From assembly GCA_024280775.1 (NCBI GenBank), contig JAJRPM010000004.1:391054-455053 (forward strand): 64,000 bases of DNA, in the 5' to 3' direction. The DNA is from Candidatus Zixiibacteriota bacterium. Its GTDB lineage: Bacteria > Zixibacteria > MSB-5A5 > GN15 > JACZUZ01. Below are positions 47,182-55,939 of this stretch, piece by piece (the first letter of the stretch is position 1; each line of letters starts with the position of its first letter). A program made the position numbers and the translations under genes. The notes beneath the pieces are model-generated. The model ran no database searches. It was not told the DNA's origin and saw only the letters and a program-made list of their open reading frames with translations.

Positions 47182-47997
47182 ATGAGTGACAGAAAAAAAA
47201 TAAGACTCTCTACTTTGCTGGCTCGCAAGAGCGCAGGCAAAAAGATTGTAGCGCTGACTGCCTATGACTATTCGATGGCGCGATTGCTTGATGAGGCGGG
47301 GGTCGATTTGTTGTTGGTTGGCGATAGCGCCGCTATGGTGGTGCATGGTTTTGAGAATACATTACCTATCACCATGGAAACCATGCTGGATCATACCGCG
47401 GCGGTTTCTCGCGGTTCCAAGTATGCATTTGTTGTCGCCGATATGCCTTTTATGAGCTATCAGGCGTCAATTGAGCAGGCAATCACCAATGCGGGTAGGT
47501 TTATCAAAGAAGCCGGAGCCGAGGCTGTTAAGATTGAAGGCGGCTTGGAGATGGTAGACACCGCTCGCGCAATAGTTCGAGCCGGTATTCCGGTGATGGC
47601 GCACATTGGCCTGTCATTCCAACGCATTCATGCACAAAGCGGCGCCAAGGTTCAAGGCCGTAAGGACGCAGGTCACGCTTATTTGCTGGAGTCAGCCTTA
47701 GCTCTGCAAGAAGCTGGCGCTTTTTCTATTATACTTGAGTTAATTCAAGCTGACGTGGCCACTGAAATCACTAGCAAGCTCGAGATACCTACTATTGGCA
47801 TCGGCGCTGGCTCTGAATGTGACGGTCAAATACTTGTCACCAATGATATCCTAGGATTGTATGACAAGATGCAACCCAAGTTTGTGCGTCAGTATGCCAA
47901 CCTCGGCGCGACCATCATTGATGCGGCAAAAGCTTTCGGTAAAGATGTTAGAGGTGGTTCCTACCCTGACGAGAGCGAAACATTCTCTGCAAAGTAG
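47182..47997 (+). CDS. panB: 3-methyl-2-oxobutanoate hydroxymethyltransferase
   Basis: Contains LTAYDYSMARLLDEAGVDLLLVGDSAAMVVHG, KIEGG and IGIGAG. Confidence 0.92.
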   Translation: MSDRKKIRLSTLLARKSAGKKIVALTAYDYSMARLLDEAGVDLLLVGDSAAMVVHGFENTLPITMETMLDHTAAVSRGSKYAFVVADMPFMSYQASIEQAITNAGRFIKEAGAEAVKIEGGLEMVDTARAIVRAGIPVMAHIGLSFQRIHAQSGAKVQGRKDAGHAYLLESALALQEAGAFSIILELIQADVATEITSKLEIPTIGIGAGSECDGQILVTNDILGLYDKMQPKFVRQYANLGATIIDAAKAFGKDVRGGSYPDESETFSAK

Positions 47998-48018
47998 TGA
48001 AACTATCGAGGCTGTGCG

Positions 48019-49758
48019 TTACAGTTCTGCGTAGAAGGCAATCAGTATACCGAGCGCCATTCCGATTACTAATCCAAGTGTAAAAATCAATGACACTGAA
48101 GTGGTTTTAGCGGGAGTTGATTTTACTGCAGACTTATCCGAAGAAACTACTTCGGCGGGTTTGTTCTGAGACTCCTGATACTGCTCCCAATCACTGATGA
48201 ATTCATCGCAGGTTTGATACCTGTCGGCGCATTGTAGCGCCAGCAACTTGCGTAGCATTCGCTCTATTTCTTCTGGGATATGCGAGACAGCGCTATCAAG
48301 TAGCAACTCTCCATGTCGGGAAAAGTTTGGCGTGGCGCCGATTAGCATCTGATGGATAATCACTCCCAGCCCATAGATATCCCCTCGAGTGGAAGTGCCT
48401 TTCTCCGGCGGCGTATACCAGTTACGTTTGGCGCTGTAATGCGCGGGCATTCCGAAATCCGATAGTTTTGGAGTTCCGTCAGTGTCAAAAAGAATATTCG
48501 ACGGCCTTAGATTTCCATGAACAACATCATTCTTATGAGCAAATGAAAGTCCACTCGCGATTTGCAAACCAATTTTGAGAGCCTCATTAACATCATAAGT
48601 CCGCACAAGACGGTCTGCCAAAGAACCGCCTTGCGAATAGTCCATCACTATCACCGTTTTTCGTGCGTCACTACCTGCGCCGAGAATGCCAACAATGTTA
48701 TCATGCGAAAGATGCGATAGAATCTTGGCTTCTTTGATTCCAAGGTCTTCTACATTGTAGCGCTTGATGATTATCAGCTTCTTGGTCTGAGTATTCTCAA
48801 CCAGATAAGTTGCGCCATAGGAGTTTTCGCGAATTGTATCGAGATAACGACAGGCCCCGGTTATCGCTTCGATACCCTGGACTGAGGTAATCTTCTTGTC
48901 GCTCTTTTTCTCTGATTGATTGGATACTATCTCAAGTAAGGCGTCCTTGGCTTCCACTGCAGTTTGAAAGCGGTCTTTGGCTTTTGGCGCCAGGCATCTT
49001 TCGATGATAGTGTCAAAAGCGGCGGGCAGTTCGGGTTTCACTTGTGACGGCAATTTGAAATTCCCCAACGGTTTTTCACCGAGAAGAGTCTCATAGAGCA
49101 TCACACCCACAGCATAAATATCAGTTGTGCAATCTACATTCGCCGAGGAGAGCTTTTGCTCCGGTGACATATAAGCCATAGTGCCCATGATGATATCCGA
49201 GCTGGTTGCGTCAATTGCCGGAGTAGACATCAAATGCGCAATCCCGAAGTCTGCTACTTTGGCGTTGCCCTGCAGGTCTACCAGGATATTTGCAGGCTTG
49301 ATGTCGCGATGAATCACACCGTTCTTGTGGGCGTAGTCCAGACCTTTGAGGGTGTTGATTATTATCTCAATGCGGGTGACCAGCGGTACATCATTAGAGC
49401 AAACAATTTCTTTGAACGAAGCGCCTTCGACATACTCCATCACAAAATAGTAGCGTCCCTGCGAACTACCTCTATCAATCACCTGGACGATGTTAGGGTG
49501 ATTCAACTTGGCAATGGTAATCGATTCTCTATCAAAGCGCCGAACTATTTCCGGGTCACTAGACATTCTTGAAGAAAGCACTTTGACCGCCACCTCACGA
49601 TTCAAGCTCATTTGAATCGCTTTGAATATCTCGGCTATGCCACCCTCTCCGATTTTGGAAACTAGTTTATAGTCACCAAGAATCGGCGCGGACTTCATGA
49701 TAGTGGAAGTAGTCGGGCTTGGGGCTGGCTTAGGACGTTGTAGAACTTTGGTTTGCAT
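48019..49758 (-). CDS. Tail-anchored Ser/Thr protein kinase with a second, degenerate kinase-like domain
   Basis: Domain 1 has GEGGIAEIFKA, VAVKV, HRDIKPANILV, DFG and SPEQ. Domain 2 has LIIIKRY, VHGNLRPSNILF (HRD changed to HGN), DFG and PPEK. There is a single C-terminal TM helix, SLIFTLGLVIGMALGILIAFY. Confidence 0.85.
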   Translation of the reverse strand: MQTKVLQRPKPAPSPTTSTIMKSAPILGDYKLVSKIGEGGIAEIFKAIQMSLNREVAVKVLSSRMSSDPEIVRRFDRESITIAKLNHPNIVQVIDRGSSQGRYYFVMEYVEGASFKEIVCSNDVPLVTRIEIIINTLKGLDYAHKNGVIHRDIKPANILVDLQGNAKVADFGIAHLMSTPAIDATSSDIIMGTMAYMSPEQKLSSANVDCTTDIYAVGVMLYETLLGEKPLGNFKLPSQVKPELPAAFDTIIERCLAPKAKDRFQTAVEAKDALLEIVSNQSEKKSDKKITSVQGIEAITGACRYLDTIRENSYGATYLVENTQTKKLIIIKRYNVEDLGIKEAKILSHLSHDNIVGILGAGSDARKTVIVMDYSQGGSLADRLVRTYDVNEALKIGLQIASGLSFAHKNDVVHGNLRPSNILFDTDGTPKLSDFGMPAHYSAKRNWYTPPEKGTSTRGDIYGLGVIIHQMLIGATPNFSRHGELLLDSAVSHIPEEIERMLRKLLALQCADRYQTCDEFISDWEQYQESQNKPAEVVSSDKSAVKSTPAKTTSVSLIFTLGLVIGMALGILIAFYAEL

Positions 49759-49900
49759 ATATATAGGATGTCGGAACGCAGGGACAATTGTTTATTGCCA
49801 CAAACATCTCGAGCGCTAAGAGCGCAACTATTGTTCAGTTACACTAAGAGGCATAGGCATATCAGCGCCAAAATGAAACAGATCGCGAATTGACACGACA

Positions 49901-49940
49901 AGAAAAGCCCCTGACACATGATGCATAGCGGTGTCAGGGG
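49901..49940 (-). terminator. Rho-independent terminator after the T9SS-substrate gene
   Basis: A 10-bp stem, CCCCTGACAC (49908-17) with GTGTCAGGGG (49931-40). On the minus strand it is followed by CTTTTCTTG. Confidence 0.7.
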
Positions 49941-49972
49941 CGATTCAATTCTTGAAACTGTATTATTACGAA

Positions 49973-50839
49973 TTATTTCATCAGAACCATCTTGCGGGTT
50001 TTGACTCCCAGGCCGGTTTTGATACGGTAGAAATACACGCCACTGGGGTTGGCGCTTGCGTCCCACTCTACCTCATGATTACCAGCGCCAAGCTCACCTG
50101 AGAACAAAGTTGTCACTCTTTGTCCCAGCAAATTGAAAACATCTAGAGTCACCGACGTTTTTGCCGGAAGTGAGAATCCTATCTTAGTGCTGGGGTTGAA
50201 AGGATTCGGGTAGTTTTGGTTTAGCTCGAACCTTTGCGGCAACGCGGGATCAGTAATGTCATCATTGACAGCAGTCGCGAGCAATTGAATATGTCCCGGT
50301 GTGAATGAAGGCAAGTAAATTATCAGCCCGGTAGGGTCGACTAAGTTGACTCTTCTGCGGCTCAAAATCAGCGGCGCGATGGAAACCGTGTCAACAGTGT
50401 TCAATGAATCGATGGTGATATTTTGCGGTTGAGCTGAGGGCGAAACGGTATACCAAAAAGTGCATATCAAACCGCTATCTACGGAGACAGTAGGAATTGG
50501 CGAAGAAAACGGCGGAATTATCAGTACACCAAAATATCCGGAATCAACATTCATGCTCTTAACTACAGTCATCGCCGGATCAAGAATAGTACCGATAAGA
50601 CTAATCGAATCCGGGGTCACATCCGCTGAATTATATCGCAGGGGTATGAGCCCTCCGGAAAACGCATCGGTGTTTCCACCAAGATAAACTCCTACGCCAA
50701 CAGTGGCCCCCGGAGCGCTAACTACAGTTTCTACATGAATACGCGCAACCGCGTTGGCTTCTGTGACAGGAAATGCCAAGAGCGTTATCGACGCTACTAA
50801 CAAAAACAACCTAGTACCGCTCGTTAAGATTTTTTTCAT
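49973..50839 (-). CDS. Secreted protein with a T9SS type-A C-terminal sorting domain
   Basis: The signal peptide begins MKKILTSGTRLFLLVASITLLAF. The C-terminus is canonical: LNQNYPNPFNPSTKIGFSLP...GVYFYRIKTG...KMVLMK. Confidence 0.75.
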   Translation of the reverse strand: MKKILTSGTRLFLLVASITLLAFPVTEANAVARIHVETVVSAPGATVGVGVYLGGNTDAFSGGLIPLRYNSADVTPDSISLIGTILDPAMTVVKSMNVDSGYFGVLIIPPFSSPIPTVSVDSGLICTFWYTVSPSAQPQNITIDSLNTVDTVSIAPLILSRRRVNLVDPTGLIIYLPSFTPGHIQLLATAVNDDITDPALPQRFELNQNYPNPFNPSTKIGFSLPAKTSVTLDVFNLLGQRVTTLFSGELGAGNHEVEWDASANPSGVYFYRIKTGLGVKTRKMVLMK

Positions 50840-51121
50840 ACTGCGAAATCCTTTCTCCGGGACTCCTTGCTCACAGTTCATGAACAAGTATTTGGCGCTT
50901 CATATTGGGTGAGAATTGCGCCTTCAAAGCTTATACATCAGAATATGCGCAACGACTCACATGCCTATTGAGCAAAAGGGGCGCCGGGCGCTAGGTCCCT
51001 CAAGCCAAAGGTGAAGCTAATACATCTGGGGGGATTTGTGCAAGACGCTGCACACTTGTACGGCCCGATATCGATTGGATTAAGTGGAGCAAGTTGGCGA
51101 AAAGAGTTTATTGGCGTATTG

Positions 51122-52654
51122 CTAGGATTCGTCGTCCCAGGTGGGTCGAATATTCACAAAAAGAGTCTTATTATCCCGCCAAACCAAGAATACCACTTCG
51201 GCGTTCTTGTTTTCGGCAATCTCCCTCAGAGCTGACTCAGCCTCCTCGACGGAGTTGATTTTACGGCCATTGATGGACTGAACGATATCACCGGGATACA
51301 GACTTGCCAGCGCCGCCCAACCTCCGGAGTTGACATCTGAAACCCATACTCCGTTGAACTCGTCCTCATCGAGATTGTAGGCCAGGTAATCATTAAAAAC
51401 CATATTGCGAACTTTGAATTCAAAAGAAGTGTCTTCGTAGGTTTTAGCTTCATCAAAGGTAATAGGAGAGCTACCCAATTCGACAACTATATCTACACGT
51501 TCAAACTCTCCGGTAGAATCAGCGCGCAGAGCCTGAAACTCAGTCACCGCTCCGGCGCCGAATTCAGCTACTGTCCGGCTGAAGTTCCGCGAGTTTTCCT
51601 CTCGGTCGACATCCAGATTGTCATCGTTGATAGCAACTATTACATCTCCCACTTTCAATCCGGATTTTTCCGCCGGGGAGTTTTTTGCCACATCGTTTAC
51701 AACCACACCTCCCTGGGCTTCCAGCTTCCAATACTTCGCTAAGTCTTTGCTGAGTGGCTGAAATGTCACACCCAGCCAGCCACGGTTTTTTATTCCAGGC
51801 TGAGGCGGATTCTCGATTAGTTTTTCCAGTCGATCTGCAGTCAGTATACCCAGCAGTGGATAGCCAGATAATCCATCACTTAGCGAACTAAGAAACGAAG
51901 TCGGATCAGAAAAATTCAACGGATTCTCCGGTGAGGCTATTTCGGCTAGAATGCCTACTGCGTCACCTCGCTCGTCATAAATAATGGAGCGTTCCTGACT
52001 TTCAGAGAAACCTACTAACAACGGAGACTTTTCAGGCTTCTCTAAGACCGCGGTTATCATGCCGATATCTGCGCCAATTGGTGGATCGACATACTCAGGA
52101 AGCAGGAAAAACAGCGCGGTCCATTCGCCGACTTTGAAGTCATAGCGCTTATGGAAACGCACATGGTCAAATGAGGTGCGAACGCTATCGGTGATTCTGC
52201 AAAATCCTATCCCCGAAAACTGGTCTATTCCCAGCCACTCAGCTTTCCATTCGTCACCGTTCAAACTTGTGACAGTCAGATTGTTGACCTCAAAACTGGA
52301 GGTTGTGCCATAATACGCGGCAACACCTGAGCCAAAATCAATAGTTGCGGCATCAAGAATCACTAGCCCGTCCTGGGTTACAATAGCCCCCATGCCACGA
52401 ACGTTGGCTTCAACCGGCTCGGAGCCAGTGGAAACTGAGACAGTTGCCTTAACTATCACTGTATACTTTTTCGCCTTTTCTTGCAGACGTCTAAAATCGA
52501 ATCGCTGGGCTTCGGATACTTGCGCAAGAGAGAGGACCACGGCAAACAGGATTGCCACGAAAACACCGAACTTGGCGAATCTGAATTTCAATGCGCTATC
52601 GCAGCCTGTATGTCGTTTCCAGTTCTTTATTTGTTCTATCATATACTTATTCAT
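51122..52654 (-). CDS. HtrA-like protein lacking the catalytic triad (pseudoprotease) with two PDZ domains
   Basis: The layout is collinear with HtrA. However, LVILDAATID replaces the TNxHV His context, GIGFCRI replaces DLAV, and no GNSGGP is present. PDZ-like segments are retained (GVVVNDVAKNSPAEKSGLKVGDVIVAIND; GVWVSDVNSGGWAALASLYPGDIVQSING). Confidence 0.6.
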   Translation of the reverse strand: MNKYMIEQIKNWKRHTGCDSALKFRFAKFGVFVAILFAVVLSLAQVSEAQRFDFRRLQEKAKKYTVIVKATVSVSTGSEPVEANVRGMGAIVTQDGLVILDAATIDFGSGVAAYYGTTSSFEVNNLTVTSLNGDEWKAEWLGIDQFSGIGFCRITDSVRTSFDHVRFHKRYDFKVGEWTALFFLLPEYVDPPIGADIGMITAVLEKPEKSPLLVGFSESQERSIIYDERGDAVGILAEIASPENPLNFSDPTSFLSSLSDGLSGYPLLGILTADRLEKLIENPPQPGIKNRGWLGVTFQPLSKDLAKYWKLEAQGGVVVNDVAKNSPAEKSGLKVGDVIVAINDDNLDVDREENSRNFSRTVAEFGAGAVTEFQALRADSTGEFERVDIVVELGSSPITFDEAKTYEDTSFEFKVRNMVFNDYLAYNLDEDEFNGVWVSDVNSGGWAALASLYPGDIVQSINGRKINSVEEAESALREIAENKNAEVVFLVWRDNKTLFVNIRPTWDDES

Positions 52655-52666
52655 AGCTTTGTGACA

Positions 52667-54118
52667 CTATTGAGTGTCTGCTTTGGTGGAGTCGGCGCCT
52701 TCTTCCTTGGCGGATTCTTTCTCCGGTTTGACTACTGCGAAACGAAGCGCCCCGCCGCGACGGAAGGTGAGCATGGTCAGCTCCTGTTTTGACTTTATTC
52801 GCTCTTGATAAAGTAAAGAAAACTGCGCCAAGTCAGCGATATCAATATCGTCGATACGCGTAATTACATCGCCTCCGCGCAATCCGCCTTCATTCGCCGG
52901 ACCGGAGCGTTTGACACCGGTTACATACACTCCCGCTTCTGAAGCAAGCTGATAATCCAAAGCCATCTGACGTGTGATTTCTTTAACCGTGAATCCCCAT
53001 TCGGGGCACTCCAAGTCTTCACCCTGCAGGACACCCAACTCACGTGTTCGCACCATAGCGGTGAATGTTTCTCCGCTACGCTGAACATCGAGCAACAATT
53101 CCGAGCCAATCGGATACTCAGCAATTGTGCGGTAGACATCGGGAAGCTCCTCATTGAATCGCGCCGAGACCTCCACACCATTGATAGATTTGATAATGTC
53201 ACCTGCCCTAAGGTGCGACAACTGCGCCGGGGCCTTTGAATCTACTGAGGCTATCAACACTCCGGATTCGTCTTTGGAACCAAACCAGTTTTCCAAATTC
53301 TGCAGTGGCTGAAAATGAACTCCTATCCAGCTACGGCTTACTTTTCCATGAGCTATCAATTCGTCCGAAATGGCGCGCACAATATTCGACGGAATTGAAA
53401 ATCCGATATTGTTTGCGAAGGTACTCGCCCGGCTATTCACTCCCACTACTAAGCCATCGAGATTCACCAACGGCCCTCCGGAGTTGCCAGGGTTTATCGC
53501 GGCGTCGGTTTGAAGCCATAGATTGTATTGTCCGGTTCTCTCACCTGACGGCAAACGCGCATCATCGGTAAAGTATCTATCGAGAGTTGAAATCACGCCG
53601 AAAGTTATCGAGCGGGCCAACGCAAGAGGTGAACCCATCGCAATTACTTGCTGACCTACCTGCAACGAATCCGAATCACCAAAAACTGCGACTGGCAGAA
53701 CTCCCTTGTATTCGCTTAGATCCAGCTTTATCACCGCCAAATCTGTCGAGGGATCACCACCGATAAGAACCGCATCAACTTGTTCTTTGTCATACAATGT
53801 GCAAAGTATGTTCTGCGCTTTTCCTGCAACATGATAGTTTGTCACTACATAACCATCGGCGTGGATGATTACTCCCGAACCAACAATAGATTGCTTGCGT
53901 TTCTTGCCGGTGCGATAGTCTGATATTACCGGCTGAATATGCACCAGCGCCGGCAGAACTGCATCGCGCGCGTGATACAAGCGCTCTTGCAGACTCTCGG
54001 CTGAGACACTGGGCTTGGCAAGTGTTAACGTAAGAGCAATTGCGAGTGGCGTAACAACAAACGCCTTGACTATTTCACGGCGCCTTAGCCCCGACCTGTT
54101 TCTATTAATGAACTTCAT
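52667..54118 (-). CDS. htrA: HtrA/DegP-family serine protease with two PDZ domains
   Basis: VTNYHVAG, TDLAVIKL and GNSGGPLVN are present, with two PDZ segments. Confidence 0.9.
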   Translation of the reverse strand: MKFINRNRSGLRRREIVKAFVVTPLAIALTLTLAKPSVSAESLQERLYHARDAVLPALVHIQPVISDYRTGKKRKQSIVGSGVIIHADGYVVTNYHVAGKAQNILCTLYDKEQVDAVLIGGDPSTDLAVIKLDLSEYKGVLPVAVFGDSDSLQVGQQVIAMGSPLALARSITFGVISTLDRYFTDDARLPSGERTGQYNLWLQTDAAINPGNSGGPLVNLDGLVVGVNSRASTFANNIGFSIPSNIVRAISDELIAHGKVSRSWIGVHFQPLQNLENWFGSKDESGVLIASVDSKAPAQLSHLRAGDIIKSINGVEVSARFNEELPDVYRTIAEYPIGSELLLDVQRSGETFTAMVRTRELGVLQGEDLECPEWGFTVKEITRQMALDYQLASEAGVYVTGVKRSGPANEGGLRGGDVITRIDDIDIADLAQFSLLYQERIKSKQELTMLTFRRGGALRFAVVKPEKESAKEEGADSTKADTQ

Positions 54119-54344
54119 AGTGTTAATGACGTGGCGCTACCTGGCTGTACCTGGTTTCTCTGGATTTACATCTTTGGGCATAGTTTGAATCTGTCATCGC
54201 AGACTCTCACAACGCTTCCTTCTGAGACATTATACCAGCGCGAGATACAATTATGCCACACAAACTTGCTCAAGAATTCGTTTTGGCAATCTTTTTTACG
54301 AAATCCCTGGCAAGCTTTTCGGCATAACCACACAGCAATTTCAG

Positions 54345-55925
54345 TTAATGGTTGGGCTGATTCCCCTGTGGCAAATCTGGAGGCCGAACCGGATTCGCAT
54401 AGGGCAATGGCGGAGGTTGCGGTGTCGGTGGTGGACTTGGCGGAGGTGGATGGCCCGGGCCGTAGCGACGTGGCTTCGGTGTATACTCTCTTTTCCCAAA
54501 GCGTGTCAGCACTACTGCCCCTATGCCGGAGAATATCGCAACCGAGGAGAATGTAATAGATACCACAATTAGGAAGACACCGATTCCAGAAAGAAATTCA
54601 GCGCTACTGGTCGCCAGCAGAAATGCAAGGGTCCAAAGCCCTATTATTACAAATATTCCAACAACAATGTTTCTAATACGACTAGCGCCTTCTTTTCCAT
54701 AGGCCGCTAGAGCCGTTTTGCCACTGAATTGTGAGTAGGCGACTATTCCAACCAGCAAGGCCACCGGAGTAGCAAGAGCTACGACAATCGCCACTGGGAT
54801 ACCTACAATTGTTATGCTCAACAGCACAAGCAAGAATGGCAGAGAAAGAAGCGACAGAAATCCAACCCATATTGTGGTCCAAAGGTGTGAGCCTATTGCG
54901 AGACTGGCTCGCGAGATAGAGTCAGGGGCCACTGAAAGCGAGACGAAAGCAACCATTATCAATAGAGCCGCTAGAGCGATAAAGATCGGAATCTCTCCGA
55001 AATCAATAATTCTGCGGTATTCTTTCTCGAATTCCTCACCGAACTCTATTCCTCTTTCAACTTCAGTTTCATCACCGGTAATCAAGCCACCAGAACGAAC
55101 TTTTATCGAAGGCGCCCGGACGTCACCATCTACTACCCCCGTACTTCCGACTACAACCTCCTTCAAAGAAGTCACATCCCCTTCAACAAGCCCGTCAATG
55201 GTTATTCTTTTGGAACTTTTAATTGATCGTGAAACATATTGCCCGGCTCTAACATGAACTTTGCGAGTGGTCATTTTGCGAACCCGTTTGACCTCTTCGG
55301 CCCAGCCTATATCACGATCACGACTTACCAAAACAGTGTCATCGTCGTTGAAATAGATCATCCCTTCACGACCACTCCCAGTTGAACGAACTTCATCCCA
55401 ACCCAAACGAAAAACTCCCAAACGACTATCGTATTCCCATTCACGTCCCAAAGAATCCTCGGCAGTCAAAACACCGTTCTCATAGTGGGAGTTTTCAAAG
55501 ACAGTGTCCGGAGGGGAAGTAGAAATCGACACCGGATTATCTGGTATTAGGATTATCTCTACTTCTGACTCTACTACAGGAGTTTCAGGGGCAACAGGAA
55601 ATTCCGGTTCTCCAGCTTTGACAACTACACCATTTGAATCAGCTGTAATAGTGATGTTGAAAGATTGAGATTCCGAAGCATCCTTGCTCTTCTTGTTATT
55701 TTTTTTCTCAGAATTGGATGCGGAAGATGATGTCGCGGCATCTGATGTTGCGGTAGCTTGGGCTTTTGCTTTGGCGGCTAACGAAACCGAAGGGATGAGA
55801 TACAGGACAGATAGCGTGAGCGCTGTCATTGTCAGTCGGAGAAGCGCCGAATCTCGGAGAAGCGCCGAATTGTTGCGGTGAAAACCGGGAAGTTCGAAAA
55901 GTTTCAGACAATTCATTTGAGCCAT
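54345..55925 (-). CDS. Membrane protein with a bactofilin-like beta-helix segment, a polytopic TM region and a proline-rich tail
   Basis: The bactofilin-type repeat is RITIDGLVEGDVTSLKEVVVGSTGVVDGDVRAPSIKVRSGGLITGD. About 5 TM helices follow. The C-terminus is PGHPPPPSPPPTPQPPPLPYANPVRPPDLP. The start is uncertain; an alternative Met lies at 55829. Confidence 0.55.
   Translation of the reverse strand: MAQMNCLKLFELPGFHRNNSALLRDSALLRLTMTALTLSVLYLIPSVSLAAKAKAQATATSDAATSSSASNSEKKNNKKSKDASESQSFNITITADSNGVVVKAGEPEFPVAPETPVVESEVEIILIPDNPVSISTSPPDTVFENSHYENGVLTAEDSLGREWEYDSRLGVFRLGWDEVRSTGSGREGMIYFNDDDTVLVSRDRDIGWAEEVKRVRKMTTRKVHVRAGQYVSRSIKSSKRITIDGLVEGDVTSLKEVVVGSTGVVDGDVRAPSIKVRSGGLITGDETEVERGIEFGEEFEKEYRRIIDFGEIPIFIALAALLIMVAFVSLSVAPDSISRASLAIGSHLWTTIWVGFLSLLSLPFLLVLLSITIVGIPVAIVVALATPVALLVGIVAYSQFSGKTALAAYGKEGASRIRNIVVGIFVIIGLWTLAFLLATSSAEFLSGIGVFLIVVSITFSSVAIFSGIGAVVLTRFGKREYTPKPRRYGPGHPPPPSPPPTPQPPPLPYANPVRPPDLPQGNQPNH
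55836..55871. repeat. 18-bp tandem duplication (2 copies, 17/18 identical)
   Basis: TCGGAGAAGCGCCGAATC is followed directly by TCGGAGAAGCGCCGAATT. If translated on the minus strand, it encodes NSALLR/DSALLR. Confidence 0.8.
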
Positions 55926-55939
55926 AGGCGCTTCCTACC

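Noticed and set aside
54131-54556. A 141-aa plus-strand ORF, and the ORF at 54348-54572.
   Set aside because: They are antisense to the proline-rich tail (CCN codons read as GGN/Trp/Arg-rich). This is a compositional artefact.
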